From Hyalangium minutum (GTDB taxonomy: Bacteria > Myxococcota > Myxococcia > Myxococcales > Myxococcaceae), in contig NZ_JMCB01000015.1 in NCBI RefSeq assembly GCF_000737315.1, positions 186,001 through 250,000 of the forward strand: DNA of 64,000 nucleotides, in the 5' to 3' direction. Below the pieces are notes generated by a model. It was not told the DNA's origin and did no database searches. It saw only the letters and a program-made list of their open reading frames with translations. Made by a program: the position numbers and the translations under genes. The first letter of the stretch is position 1. Each line of letters starts with the position of its first letter. Of this stretch, positions 17,833-31,176 are shown piece by piece.

Positions 17833-18921
17833 TCAGGCCTCGACGGACGCCTCCTTCTTGGCGGAGGCGGACGGCACCCGGCAGCGCAGCTCCGTCTCGG
17901 CCTCGAGCGCCGCGAGGTTCTCTCGCATCGCCTTGGCCCACTTCGCCTTGGGCTGCTCCATCAGCTTCTCGTGCGCCATGTCGATGGTCTCGCTCAGCTC
18001 GTCGTCGCTGAGCTCGGAGGCCGTCTTCCCCTTGTAGGGGCCGAAGGCCACCACCGTGGCGGAGCTCTTTGGCCGCGCGGGTGGCGTCTCCGGCTTCGTC
18101 TCCGCCGGGCTGGCCGCCTGGGTGTCCAGGGTGAGCTGCGCCGAGCCGTTATCGGCCTTCTCCTCGGCCTTCTCCTCCTTCACCGCGGACGGCAGGGGAG
18201 GGAAGGACGCCTTCATGGGGCCCGGCTTCACGCCGAGCACCTCGTAGGCGCCGCTGCCGCTCGCGGGCGCGAGCTCCTCCAGGTGCGCCTGCGCCGGAGC
18301 CGTCTCGTACTCCTCGGCAGGCATCTCCTCGCGCACGTACAGGCCGCCGAAGGCCTCCGGGTACGCCTTGCGCAACGCCGCCACGCGCGCGCACTTCTCG
18401 ATCATCGTCGTGGGAATCTTCGCCCACAGCGGCGTCTGCTGGACGTAGCCCGCGAAGTCCAGCCACACCACCACGGGCAGCTTGCCTTCGCGCACCACGC
18501 GCGCCCAGGCGCCTACCAGCGCACCCTTGCGCTTGGCCGGGTTGAAGCGGTGCACCACCTCGCCCTTGCCCTGGTCCACGATGATCTCGTCCTCGGCGTA
18601 CACCGCGCTGGCCTGGATGCCCTTGAAGTCCGGGAAGCGCTCGGCGCGCGCCAGCATCCCCGCCTCGGAAGGCTGGAACTCGTAGCGCGTCACCCAGGTG
18701 GGCCGCTCCCGGTTACCCACGTTCTGCCGGCGTCCCACGCAGAACGCCTCCTTCAAGAGCGGATCCAACCCCGAGCGCTTGCACTGCTCGATGAAGAGCG
18801 CGAACTCGTCCTCACCGATGCCCTTGGGGCAGATCGTCCTGCGGATGAGCTCCACGCGCTCGCGGCTCCAGGCCGACTGGGCCGCCGCGGCTTCCACCTT
18901 GCTCTGCTGTCCTTCACTCAC
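17833..18921 (-). CDS. bet: Phage recombination protein Bet (RecT/Red-beta family single-strand annealing protein)
   Basis: LIRRTICPKG...EFALFIEQCKRSGLDPLLKEAF, LVGAWARVVR, WAKIPTTMIEKCARVAALRKAYPEAFGGLY motifs. Confidence 0.88.
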   Translation of the reverse strand: MSEGQQSKVEAAAAQSAWSRERVELIRRTICPKGIGEDEFALFIEQCKRSGLDPLLKEAFCVGRRQNVGNRERPTWVTRYEFQPSEAGMLARAERFPDFKGIQASAVYAEDEIIVDQGKGEVVHRFNPAKRKGALVGAWARVVREGKLPVVVWLDFAGYVQQTPLWAKIPTTMIEKCARVAALRKAYPEAFGGLYVREEMPAEEYETAPAQAHLEELAPASGSGAYEVLGVKPGPMKASFPPLPSAVKEEKAEEKADNGSAQLTLDTQAASPAETKPETPPARPKSSATVVAFGPYKGKTASELSDDELSETIDMAHEKLMEQPKAKWAKAMRENLAALEAETELRCRVPSASAKKEASVEA

Positions 18922-19172
18922 TGTGCTTCTCCGTTCGAAAAGGCGGACACCTCGTCCGCCTGCCTGGCGTGCTGCGGGACGGCCAATTTTGAGGGTGCTC
19001 CCCGGCCGCTCCCGGGGACGGGAACGATCCGAGACCGCAGCCTTGTTGGAACCACGATGCGATCAGCCCCCTTTCCGCCACAGGGGGGTGATCCGGAGTG
19101 TGATCCTGGGACGGCCGGACAGCGGCCGGACAGCCACGGATCTGCCGATTTGAGGGGGCGTGGGAAAAACGT

Positions 19173-19201
19173 TTGACAGCGCGGGCGGCGTTCAGTACTT
19201 A
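19173..19201 (+). promoter_or_regulatory. Possible sigma70-type promoter for tRNA-Lys
   Basis: Perfect TTGACA at 19173-19178; only a weak -10 (TACTTA) at 17-bp spacing. Confidence 0.4.
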
Positions 19202-19246
19202 GCGCGCCCACTCGACAGCGCGTCACACCGCGTCGAGCGCCAAGCC

Positions 19247-19319
19247 GGGAGCGTAGCTCAATTGGCAGAGCAATGGACTCTTAATCCATAGGTTGTGGGT
19301 TCGATTCCCTCCGCTCTCA
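19247..19319 (+). tRNA. tRNA-Lys(CTT)
   Basis: Acceptor GGGAGCG/CGCTCTC, anticodon arm ATGGA-CTCTTAA-TCCAT, GTTCGATTC T-loop. Confidence 0.93.
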
Positions 19320-19321
19320 CT

Positions 19322-19363
19322 CATCGGGGCCCCTTCAGGAATGAAGGGGCCCCGATGTCTTTT
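19322..19363 (+). terminator. Rho-independent terminator after tRNA-Lys
   Basis: Perfect 16-bp stem CATCGGGGCCCCTTCA / TGAAGGGGCCCCGATG with a GGAA loop, followed by TCTTTT. Confidence 0.85.
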
Positions 19364-19444
19364 CAGCCTCTGGAGGCTGGGAGTTCTCCCGTCGAGGGAT
19401 GAACACCCGGATTGTTTCGGAGTAGAAGGTCGCGCAGCGCCGCT

Positions 19445-19526
19445 GGGCGGGTGGCGAAACTGGTAGACGCGCCAGACTTAGGATCTGGTACCGCAAGGTG
19501 TGAGGGTTCGAGTCCCTCCTCGCCCA
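19445..19526 (+). tRNA. tRNA-Leu(TAG)
   Basis: Acceptor GGGCGGG/CTCGCCC, anticodon arm CCAGA-CTTAGGA-TCTGG, long variable arm. Confidence 0.95.
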
Positions 19527-19629
19527 TTTCGCGTTGACCCTGCCGAACGTATCCCCTAAAGCCCCACCCCCTACACTCTTTCCCCATCCGGCGTCGGCGC
19601 GGGACTCCCGCCCGGCGAGCGAGGCGTAC

Positions 19630-20904
19630 ATGAAGGTCCAGGTCGAGGAGCTGTCTCCGATCGAGAAGAAGCTCTCCATCGAAGTCGACAGCCAGCGCGT
19701 GGCGGACGAGCTGACGCGTGCCTACACGTCCATTGGCAAGCAGGTGAAGCTGCCCGGCTTCCGCCAGGGCAAGGTGCCCCGCCGCATCCTCGAGCAGCGG
19801 TTCAAGGAGCAGGTGGAGGACGACGTCATCCAGCGCGTGGTGCAGTCCGCCTACGTGCAGGCCATCACCGAGCACAAGGTGGAGCCCGTCAGCCAGCCGC
19901 AGGTGACGAACTCCGGCCTGAAGCCCGGCGCCTCGTTCTCCTTCGAGGCCCGCGTCGAGGTGAAGCCCAAGGTCGAGGCCAAGGACTACAAGGAGCTGCC
20001 GCTCAAGAAGCAGGAGACGGCCGTCGCCGACGCTCAAATCCACGAGCAGATCGAGAAGATGCGCGAGTCGAACTCCACCCTGGAGCCCGTGGAGGGCCGG
20101 GACGTGGCGCAGGCAGGTGACTTCGCCCAGGTGGACTACGAGGCCACCATCGACGGCCAGCCCTTCGTGGGCAGCAAGGCCGAGGGCGTCACCGCGGAGA
20201 TTGCTCCCGGCGAGCTGGTGGACTCCAACATCGCCGCGCTCGAGGGCGTGAAGGTGGGGGACACCAAGGAGATCGACTACGCCTTCCCGCCGGACTACCG
20301 GGTGGAGGAGATCAAGGGCAAGACGGCCCACTTCAAGATCCACCTCAAGGGCATCAAGGCCAAGAAGGTCCCCGAGCTCAACGACGAGCTGGCCAAGGAG
20401 CTGGGCGCGGCCTCGGTGGACGAGCTGCGCACCAAGATCCGCACCAACCTGGAGACCACGGCCAAGTCCAAGGCCGCCCAGGAGGACCGCGACGCCCTCA
20501 TGAAGGCCTTGATCGAGCGCAACCCCTTCGAGGTGCCCAAGGCCATGGTGGAGCGCGCCATCGACTCCATGCTGGAGGGCGCGCTGCGCCAGATGCAGCG
20601 CTCCGGTCTGGACATCCGCAACCTGGGCCTGGACTTCATGCGCCTGCGCGACGAGATGCGCGAGCGCGCCGTCTCCGAGGTGAAGGGCACGCTGCTGTTC
20701 GAGGCCATCGCCCTCAAGGAAGGCATCCAGGCAACCGACGCGGACCTGGAGAAGAAGATCGAGGAGCTGGCGACCGAGGCCGGACAGCCGGTGGCCAACG
20801 TTCGGAAGTACTTCCAGAGCCAGGACGACCGCCTGGGGTTGAGCCTCCGACTGCGGGAAGAAAAGACGATTGAATTCCTGAAGGCTCAGGCGAAGTATTC
20901 TTAG
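19630..20904 (+). CDS. tig: Trigger factor
   Basis: Start MKVQVEE at 19630; ribosome-binding signature PGFRQGKVP; FKBP domain; upstream of clpP. Confidence 0.97.
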   Translation: MKVQVEELSPIEKKLSIEVDSQRVADELTRAYTSIGKQVKLPGFRQGKVPRRILEQRFKEQVEDDVIQRVVQSAYVQAITEHKVEPVSQPQVTNSGLKPGASFSFEARVEVKPKVEAKDYKELPLKKQETAVADAQIHEQIEKMRESNSTLEPVEGRDVAQAGDFAQVDYEATIDGQPFVGSKAEGVTAEIAPGELVDSNIAALEGVKVGDTKEIDYAFPPDYRVEEIKGKTAHFKIHLKGIKAKKVPELNDELAKELGAASVDELRTKIRTNLETTAKSKAAQEDRDALMKALIERNPFEVPKAMVERAIDSMLEGALRQMQRSGLDIRNLGLDFMRLRDEMRERAVSEVKGTLLFEAIALKEGIQATDADLEKKIEELATEAGQPVANVRKYFQSQDDRLGLSLRLREEKTIEFLKAQAKYS

Positions 20905-20939
20905 GACCTTTCGCCCAGCCTTCCCGAGGACTCGACTTC

Positions 20940-21560
20940 ATGCCCTTCATGCCCATTCCCTACGTCATCGAGCAGACTCACCGGGGTGAGCGCTCGTACG
21001 ACATCTACAGCCGGCTCCTGAAGGATCGCATCGTCATGCTGGGGACGGAGATCGACGACGACGTGTCCAACGCCATCGTCGCGCAGCTCCTCTTCCTGGA
21101 ATCCGAGGACCCGGACAAGGACATCAACCTCTACGTCAACTCGCCCGGCGGCTCCGTCACGGCGGGCCTGGCCATCTATGACACGATGCAGTACGTGAAG
21201 TGTCCGGTGTCCACCATCTGTGTGGGGCAGGCGGCGTCCATGGGCGCCGTCCTCCTGCTGGCCGGGGCCAAGGGCAAGCGCTACGCCCTGCCGAGCGCTC
21301 GCATCATGATTCACCAGCCGCTCGGCGGCGTGCGTGGTCAGGCGACGGACATCGAGATCCAGGCCAAGGAAATCCTGCGGATGCGGGCCAAGCTGAACGA
21401 TCTCATCGTCAAGCACACCGGCCAGCCGCTCGAGCGAGTCGAGAAGGACACCGACCGCGACTACTTCATGGGCGCGGCCGAGGCGAAGGCGTACGGCATC
21501 CTCGACGAGATCCAGGTGGCCCGGAAGCCGGGCTCGCTGGGCAAGGACGAGAAGAAGTAG
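20940..21560 (+). CDS. clpP: ATP-dependent Clp protease proteolytic subunit
   Basis: [25 protein letters not shown] and IMIHQP motifs. Confidence 0.98.
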   Translation: MPFMPIPYVIEQTHRGERSYDIYSRLLKDRIVMLGTEIDDDVSNAIVAQLLFLESEDPDKDINLYVNSPGGSVTAGLAIYDTMQYVKCPVSTICVGQAASMGAVLLLAGAKGKRYALPSARIMIHQPLGGVRGQATDIEIQAKEILRMRAKLNDLIVKHTGQPLERVEKDTDRDYFMGAAEAKAYGILDEIQVARKPGSLGKDEKK

Positions 21561-21585
21561 CCGCGCGCACTGTCGTGCAGCAACC

Positions 21586-21628
21586 AGCCGGAGCCGCGGG
21601 AAGAGCTGCCCGCGCCTCCGGCTTTCTG
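21586..21628 (+). terminator. Putative hairpin/terminator between clpP and clpX
   Basis: AGCCGGAG..CGCGGG / CCCGCG..CTCCGGCT stem followed by TTCTGCTT. Confidence 0.5.
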
Positions 21629-21770
21629 CTTCCTGCGGTACGGTGGAAAGGCTGTTAACTACCCCGCAGGCACGTGGACGGCCCGGTGGAGGGCTGACTA
21701 GATTGAGCCGGGTTCAGGGGTACGGACGGTTTTTGGAAGGTTTCTTCCAGAGAGGCGCAGCGAGGGCATC

Positions 21771-23045
<1,275 letters not shown>

Positions 23046-23209
23046 CTCCGCGCTGTTCACTGGAGCGCAGTCGACGGGGCGCGTCAGGGCCGTGAGAGCG
23101 GCTCGGCGCGCCCTTGCCGCGCCTGGGGGCTTTCCGGGCGTACGGGCGCTCGGCGTGGGCCGCACTTTTTGTGGGCCGGACCGGGACCTTCCTGTATCTG
23201 GTGGCAGTC

Positions 23210-25390
23210 ATGACGAGACTGCTGCTGCCCGCATGGATGCTGCTCGCCGCGTGCGCGGGCCCCGCTGCCTCCACCTCCGCCGTGGCCACGGCGGTCCCGT
23301 CCCAGGAGGGAACTCACCGTATGAAGTACCCCGCGACGCGCGCGGAGCCCATCGTGGACACGCTGCATGGCGTTCAGGTGGCCGACCCGTACCGCTGGCT
23401 GGAGGATGAGAAGGCCTCCGATGTTCAGGGATGGATGAAGGCCCAGGATCAGCTCACGCGCGAGTGGCTTGCGAAGGTGCCCGTCCGGGATGCGCTCGCG
23501 AAGCGCTTCCGCGAGCTGTTCTACCAGGAGTCCATCTTCCCCCCCGTGCGCTGCGGCAACCGCTACTTCTACTTCCGCACGCACAAGGACAAGGAGAAGG
23601 CCATCCTCTACTGGCGCGAGGGCGAAGCCGGCGCCGAGAAGGTGCTGCTGGACCCGAACGGCTGGAGCCAGGACGGCTCGGTGTCCCTGGGCTTCGCGGT
23701 GCCCTCGTGGGATGGGCGCAAGCTGGCCTTCGCGCAGAAGCCCAACGCCGCCGACGAGTCCATTCTCCACGTGCTGGATGTGGACTCCGGGCAGTGGTCC
23801 CAGGTCGACGTCATCCCGGGCACCAAGTACGCCGAGCCCAAGTGGATGCCGGACGGCAAGGGCTTCTATTACGAGTGGCTGCCGGTGGATGACAGCATCC
23901 CGGTGGATCAGCGGCCCGGCTACACGGAGATCCGCTTCCACGTGCTGGGCACGGACCCGAAGAAGGACGCGCTGGTGCACCCGCGCACGGGCGACCCGTC
24001 CACGTTCCTCTCCAAGGACCTCAGCCGGGATGGGAAGTACCTCTTCCTCATCGTCAGCCGGGGCTGGAGCGAGAACGACATCTACTGGAAGCGGGTGGGG
24101 GAGAAGGACTTCCGCCTGCTGGTGAAGGGCACCGGCGCCAAGTACGGCGTGCAGGCGTGGAAGGATCAGTTCTACATCACCACGGACGAGGGGGCGCCGC
24201 GGCAGCGCGTCTTCCGCGTGTCCCCCGAGAAGACCGAGCGGGCGGCCTGGCAGGAGATCATCCCCGAGGATCCGGTGGCTTCGCTGGAGAGCGCGGCCAT
24301 TGTGGGCGGGCACTTCGCGCTGGGGTACCTGAGGGACGCGACCAGCGAGCTCCGCATCGCCACGCTCGACGGCAAGCCGGTGCGCACCGTGGCGCTGCCC
24401 ACCGTGGGCGCGGCCACCAACCTGGTGGGCCTGGAGGATCAGGACGAGGCCTTCTTCCTCTTCAGCTCCTTCACCACGCCCCGGCAGGTCTACAAGACGT
24501 CCATCGCCTCCGGGAAGGTGGAGCTGTGGGCCCGGGTGGAGGTGCCCGTCGACACGGAGCAGTACACGGTGCGGCAGACCTTCTTCCCGTCCAAGGACGG
24601 CACGAAGATCCCCATGTTCCTCGTGCACCGGAAGGATCTGAAGCCGGACGGGCAGCGGCCCACGCTGCTGTACGGGTACGGCGGCTTCAACGTGAGCATG
24701 CAGCCGAGCTTCCGCTCCAGCATCTTCCCGTGGCTGGACGCGGGCGGGGTGTACGCCGTAGTCAACCTCCGCGGCGGCGGCGAGTACGGCAAGGCCTGGC
24801 ACGAGGCTGGCCGCCTGGAGCGCAAGCAGAACGTCTTCGACGACTTCCACGCCGCGGCGGAGTACCTCGTGCGCGAGCACTACACGCGCCCGGACCGCCT
24901 GGCCATCTACGGCGGCAGCAACGGCGGCCTGTTGGTGGGTGCGGCGATGACTCAGCGGCCGGAGCTCTACGGTGCGGTGGTCTGCGCGGTGCCGCTGTTG
25001 GACATGGTGCGATACCACCAGTTCGGCAGCGGCCGGACGTGGATCCCCGAGTACGGCACGGCGGATAAGCCCTCGGACTTCCAGGTACTTTACGCCTACT
25101 CGCCCTACCACCACCTCAAGACGGGGGTGCGCTACCCACCGCTGCTGATGATGTCGGCGGACCATGATGACCGGGTGGACCCGATGCATGCGCGCAAGTT
25201 CGTGGCGGCGTTACAGAACCTGGAGGGGGTGGGCGCTCCGGCGCTGCTGCGCATCGAGGCGAACGCGGGCCACAGCGGCGCAGACCAGGTGGCCAAGACC
25301 ATCGAGTCCAATGCGGATCTGTACGCGTTCCTCTTCGAGACCTTTGGCATGACGGGACCAGCCGGTGGAGCGACGGCTCAGGCCCGCTGA
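23210..25390 (+). CDS. Prolyl oligopeptidase (S9A), lipoprotein
   Basis: Start MTRLLL at 23210 with lipobox LAAC; ADPYRWLE, GGSNGG (catalytic Ser), DDRV (Asp), GHSG (His). Confidence 0.95.
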   Translation: MTRLLLPAWMLLAACAGPAASTSAVATAVPSQEGTHRMKYPATRAEPIVDTLHGVQVADPYRWLEDEKASDVQGWMKAQDQLTREWLAKVPVRDALAKRFRELFYQESIFPPVRCGNRYFYFRTHKDKEKAILYWREGEAGAEKVLLDPNGWSQDGSVSLGFAVPSWDGRKLAFAQKPNAADESILHVLDVDSGQWSQVDVIPGTKYAEPKWMPDGKGFYYEWLPVDDSIPVDQRPGYTEIRFHVLGTDPKKDALVHPRTGDPSTFLSKDLSRDGKYLFLIVSRGWSENDIYWKRVGEKDFRLLVKGTGAKYGVQAWKDQFYITTDEGAPRQRVFRVSPEKTERAAWQEIIPEDPVASLESAAIVGGHFALGYLRDATSELRIATLDGKPVRTVALPTVGAATNLVGLEDQDEAFFLFSSFTTPRQVYKTSIASGKVELWARVEVPVDTEQYTVRQTFFPSKDGTKIPMFLVHRKDLKPDGQRPTLLYGYGGFNVSMQPSFRSSIFPWLDAGGVYAVVNLRGGGEYGKAWHEAGRLERKQNVFDDFHAAAEYLVREHYTRPDRLAIYGGSNGGLLVGAAMTQRPELYGAVVCAVPLLDMVRYHQFGSGRTWIPEYGTADKPSDFQVLYAYSPYHHLKTGVRYPPLLMMSADHDDRVDPMHARKFVAALQNLEGVGAPALLRIEANAGHSGADQVAKTIESNADLYAFLFETFGMTGPAGGATAQAR

Positions 25391-25443
25391 AGTAGCAGGC
25401 GGACACTCGGCGGCGGTACGGGTGTTCCCTTGAAGGCAGGGGA

Positions 25444-25472
25444 CCGTTCCCCAACCTTTAGCCGGGGAACGG
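25444..25472. terminator. Inverted repeat after the oligopeptidase gene
   Basis: CCGTTCCCC / GGGGAACGG with an 11-nt loop; no U-tract. Confidence 0.4.
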
Positions 25473-25596
25473 CGGGCGCATTCACCGTGTTATAGAACCG
25501 TCTTTGTATCCTGCACGTCTGCCGGGCTGGCAGGCGGGCTGCGTCAATCACTAGGGACTTGCGACTCCGGTCAGCAAGCAGGCAGGTGGCGAGCAA

Positions 25597-28053
<2,457 letters not shown>

Positions 28054-28077
28054 GTGCCGAGGCCGTAGGTTCGAAGT

Positions 28078-28120
28078 GAAGGGCTCGGGACCGCGAGACG
28101 GTTCCGGGCCCTTCGCCTTT
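28078..28120. terminator. Terminator between convergent lon and esterase genes
   Basis: GAAGGGCTCGGGACC / GGTTCCGGGCCCTTC stem followed by GCCTTT. Confidence 0.7.
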
Positions 28121-28127
28121 CAGGGCC

Positions 28128-29189
28128 TCAGCGCGGCGTGGAGGTGCTCTGCCAGGGGAAGAGGAAGCGCAGTGGCTTGTGGACGCGCTTGGCCCAAGAG
28201 GCCTCGGTGTGGCGGCCGCCCTTGTCCTCGTAGTGGTACAGGTTCTCGCCCTGCACGTAGCCCTTGGACAGCAGGGCCTCCTTCATGCGCTGGGTGGGGA
28301 TCCACGGGTCCCGGTTCGTGCCGGCGTCGATGTAGAACTTCACCGGCGGGGGCTCTCCCCACGAGTACACCTCGCTGACGAGGTCCAGCCCGTTCCACCC
28401 GAACGCACTGGAGAGGCAGGCCACCTTGGAGAAGACGTGCGGGTAGCGCGTCCCCAGGTAGAAGGAGATGAGGCCGCCGAGCGAGGAGCCCATCAAGGCC
28501 GTGTCCTCGCGGCCGGGCAGGGTGCGGTACTGGCGGTCCACCCAGGGCTTCACCGTCTCCACGAGGAAGGCGCCGTACAGGTCCCCGCCGCCGAAGCGCT
28601 CGTTGCGCTGCCCGCCGGTGTATTCGAACGCGCGCTGGGGGCCTATGTTGGTGATGCCCACGATGATGACCTCATCCATGCGCCCCTGTGACACGAGCGC
28701 ATCGCGGGTGCGATCCACGCCCCAGGACACGCCAGTGAAAGAGGAGGAGTCCTCGAAGCAGTTCTGCCCGTCGTGCATGTAGAGCACGGGGTAGCGCTTG
28801 AGCGGGTTCTCCACGTAGCTCGGTGGCAGCGAGACGATGAGCGTGCGCGAGTTGTTGAGCTGGGGTGAGAAGAAGTCGTACTTCTTCTCCAGCGTGGCCG
28901 CGCCTGGGGCGAACGAGGGGTAGATGTCCACGGGGGCGCCGCCGTGGAGCTCGTAGTTGCCACCGATGGACCAGCTCCGGTCATTGAGCAGCGGCTTGAA
29001 CTCGAGCTTGCCGGAGTCCTTGGGCCACACGTAGGTCCACACGTGGCCGTCGGACCAGGTGGCCTCTTGTCCCACGCTCCAGGCCAGCGGCGGCTTGTTG
29101 CCGCGCAGGGTGATGCGGTTGCCCCAGCCCGCGTCGTAGTGGACGCGGATGAGGGTGCCTTCCACGGGTTTCTTGGAACGGGGTGCCAT
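28128..29189 (-). CDS. Alpha/beta hydrolase (esterase family) with N-terminal CBM20-like domain
   Basis: YPVLYMHDGQN and GSSLGG nucleophile elbow, HTEASW; the N-terminal beta-sandwich is inferred. Confidence 0.85.
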   Translation of the reverse strand: MAPRSKKPVEGTLIRVHYDAGWGNRITLRGNKPPLAWSVGQEATWSDGHVWTYVWPKDSGKLEFKPLLNDRSWSIGGNYELHGGAPVDIYPSFAPGAATLEKKYDFFSPQLNNSRTLIVSLPPSYVENPLKRYPVLYMHDGQNCFEDSSSFTGVSWGVDRTRDALVSQGRMDEVIIVGITNIGPQRAFEYTGGQRNERFGGGDLYGAFLVETVKPWVDRQYRTLPGREDTALMGSSLGGLISFYLGTRYPHVFSKVACLSSAFGWNGLDLVSEVYSWGEPPPVKFYIDAGTNRDPWIPTQRMKEALLSKGYVQGENLYHYEDKGGRHTEASWAKRVHKPLRFLFPWQSTSTPR

Positions 29190-29421
29190 GGCCCGCTCCT
29201 CTAACAGCCGGGTAGGGGGGCGTGCACGGGATCAGTCCGTGGTGAGGTCCCCCACGTGGCAGTAGGGCTCGCCCGCTTCGATGCGCTCGCCTTCAATCGT
29301 CCGGGCGTGGCTGGAGACGGTCCACACGCCCGGCGCATCGTGCCCTGGGCTTGCGCGCGGCTGCGCTCCTCCAGCGGCCCTGTCCCCAGGAAGTAGCTAT
29401 TCAAGGTGCCAAGGCGGCTGC

Positions 29422-31176
29422 ATGGTACACCCGAGGCGGACCTTGCAGCCGCCGCAGGGAGCGATAGAACCCGGCACGGTGGCTTCTCGTTCTCGACTCG
29501 TGCTGGCGCTCATGGGGCTGTGGCTCACCACGGCCTGTGGGCCGTGCGGCTTCCAGCCCGATCCCGGCACCAAGATCATCGTCCCCGCGATGCCCACCAC
29601 CCTGGACTGGAGCTACTCGGACCCCGCGAGCTGGTCGAACTACCCGGTCATGCTCGCCACCCAGAAGGGGCTCACCACCCTGGGCCCCGACAACTCCGTG
29701 CAGCCGGGCTTGGCTGAGCGATGGGAGCGCGAGCGCGATGCTCAGGGACACGATGTCTACACCTTCCACCTGCGTCAGGACGTGAAGTGGTCGGACGGCA
29801 CCACCCCGCTCACGGCGCAGGACTTCGTCTTCGGGTGGCGGCGCGCGATGCTCGGCCGAGAGCGTGGGGAGATGGCCGAGATTGCTGGAGCCCGGCAGGC
29901 CGTCGAGTTGCAGGAGCGCGGCGCTCCCGCAGAGCAGGTTCAAGCGGCTCTGGAGCGCACTGGTGTGGAGGCGCTGGACCCGCACACGTTGCGCGTCACG
30001 CTGGAGCGGCCTCGCAGCTACTTCCTGTCGCGTCTGGCCAACGTGTACCTCTTCTTTCCCGCGCCCTCCGCGGATCTCGCCGGCAAGTCCGACGAGGAGA
30101 TCCGCGACTACTTCGATCGGCCTCGCGAGGGGCGGCCCCTGGCGCTCGGGCCCTACCGCGTGGAGCGGTGGGATCGAGCGGGGGAGCGTGTGAGGCTGGT
30201 CTACAACCCGGCCTCTGCCTTCCCGCCGCCACTCGGGCCCGGTGAGCGCCCAGCTCCCGTCGTCACACTGATGAAGTCGGAGATTGGCCCGGCCCTCTAT
30301 GAGCGAGGCCGGGTGGACTTCGTCTTCATCGACAGTGCGCTCGCGCTGCGAGGAGAGCGCCCCGATGACCTCCACTACGAGCCGCTGCTCTCCACGTACT
30401 TTATCGCGCTCAACACCGAGCGCCCTCCGCTCAACCGTCCCGAGGTGCGGCGGGCCATCGCCCACGCGCTGGATCGGGACGCGCTCCTGGCCGGGCTGTT
30501 GCCCTCCGTGCGGCCCTCGAACGTGCTGTTGCCACCGGACCTGCCCGGCGCCGCCACTCCCGAGGAGGCTGCCCGCCTGCCGCACTTCGACCGCGAGCGT
30601 GCCCGGGAGGAACTGCGCGGTGTCCCGGGGCTGGATCGTCCGCTGCGCCTCGTCTTCCGGGCCGGAGACTCCTTTGTCCCCGAGGTGGCCATCGCCGAGC
30701 GCATCGCCGCGCAGCTCGCCACCGTGGGCATCACGGTGACGCTCGATGCGCGGTCGGACTTCTCCTCGGAGGTGGCGCGGCGCACGCCCGAAGGCCCGCG
30801 CGCCTACGACATGTACATGCGCCGGCTGGGCGCCGACTACGCCCACCCGAACACCTTCTTCACCCTCTTCGAGCGCGAGGGGAACCATCAGACCGGCTGG
30901 GAGACCCAGGGCGGCGGCGAGCCCATGGCCCGCTTCGAGCGGCTCCTCGAGGAGGCCGATGCCGAGGCGGATGCCTCCCGCGCCCGGACGCTGTACGCCC
31001 AGGCCCAGGCTCTGCTCCTGGACGAGCAGGCCGTCATCGTCCCGCTGTACCACCCGGATCGCTACTACCGCTCTCGGCCCAAGCTGCGCGGGCTGGATGT
31101 GGATCCGTTCAACTTCCTCGCCCTCAAGTCCCTGCGCCTCGCTCCCGAGGCCGCGGAGGAGGGCGCCAGGCCATGA
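29422..31176 (+). CDS. Peptide ABC transporter substrate-binding lipoprotein (OppA family)
   Basis: YTFHLRQDVKWSDG..LTAQDFVFGW family-5 signature; lipobox LTTAC. Start uncertain (29422 or 29479). Confidence 0.9.
   Translation: MVHPRRTLQPPQGAIEPGTVASRSRLVLALMGLWLTTACGPCGFQPDPGTKIIVPAMPTTLDWSYSDPASWSNYPVMLATQKGLTTLGPDNSVQPGLAERWERERDAQGHDVYTFHLRQDVKWSDGTTPLTAQDFVFGWRRAMLGRERGEMAEIAGARQAVELQERGAPAEQVQAALERTGVEALDPHTLRVTLERPRSYFLSRLANVYLFFPAPSADLAGKSDEEIRDYFDRPREGRPLALGPYRVERWDRAGERVRLVYNPASAFPPPLGPGERPAPVVTLMKSEIGPALYERGRVDFVFIDSALALRGERPDDLHYEPLLSTYFIALNTERPPLNRPEVRRAIAHALDRDALLAGLLPSVRPSNVLLPPDLPGAATPEEAARLPHFDRERAREELRGVPGLDRPLRLVFRAGDSFVPEVAIAERIAAQLATVGITVTLDARSDFSSEVARRTPEGPRAYDMYMRRLGADYAHPNTFFTLFEREGNHQTGWETQGGGEPMARFERLLEEADAEADASRARTLYAQAQALLLDEQAVIVPLYHPDRYYRSRPKLRGLDVDPFNFLALKSLRLAPEAAEEGARP

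Noticed and set aside
19179-19196. GTTCAG as a myxobacterial LexA box near bet
   Set aside because: The upstream half of the CTRHAMRYBYGTTCAGS consensus does not match.
17833-19246. Prophage inferred from bet next to a tRNA
   Set aside because: No integrase, exonuclease, repressor or structural genes, and no att duplication seen.
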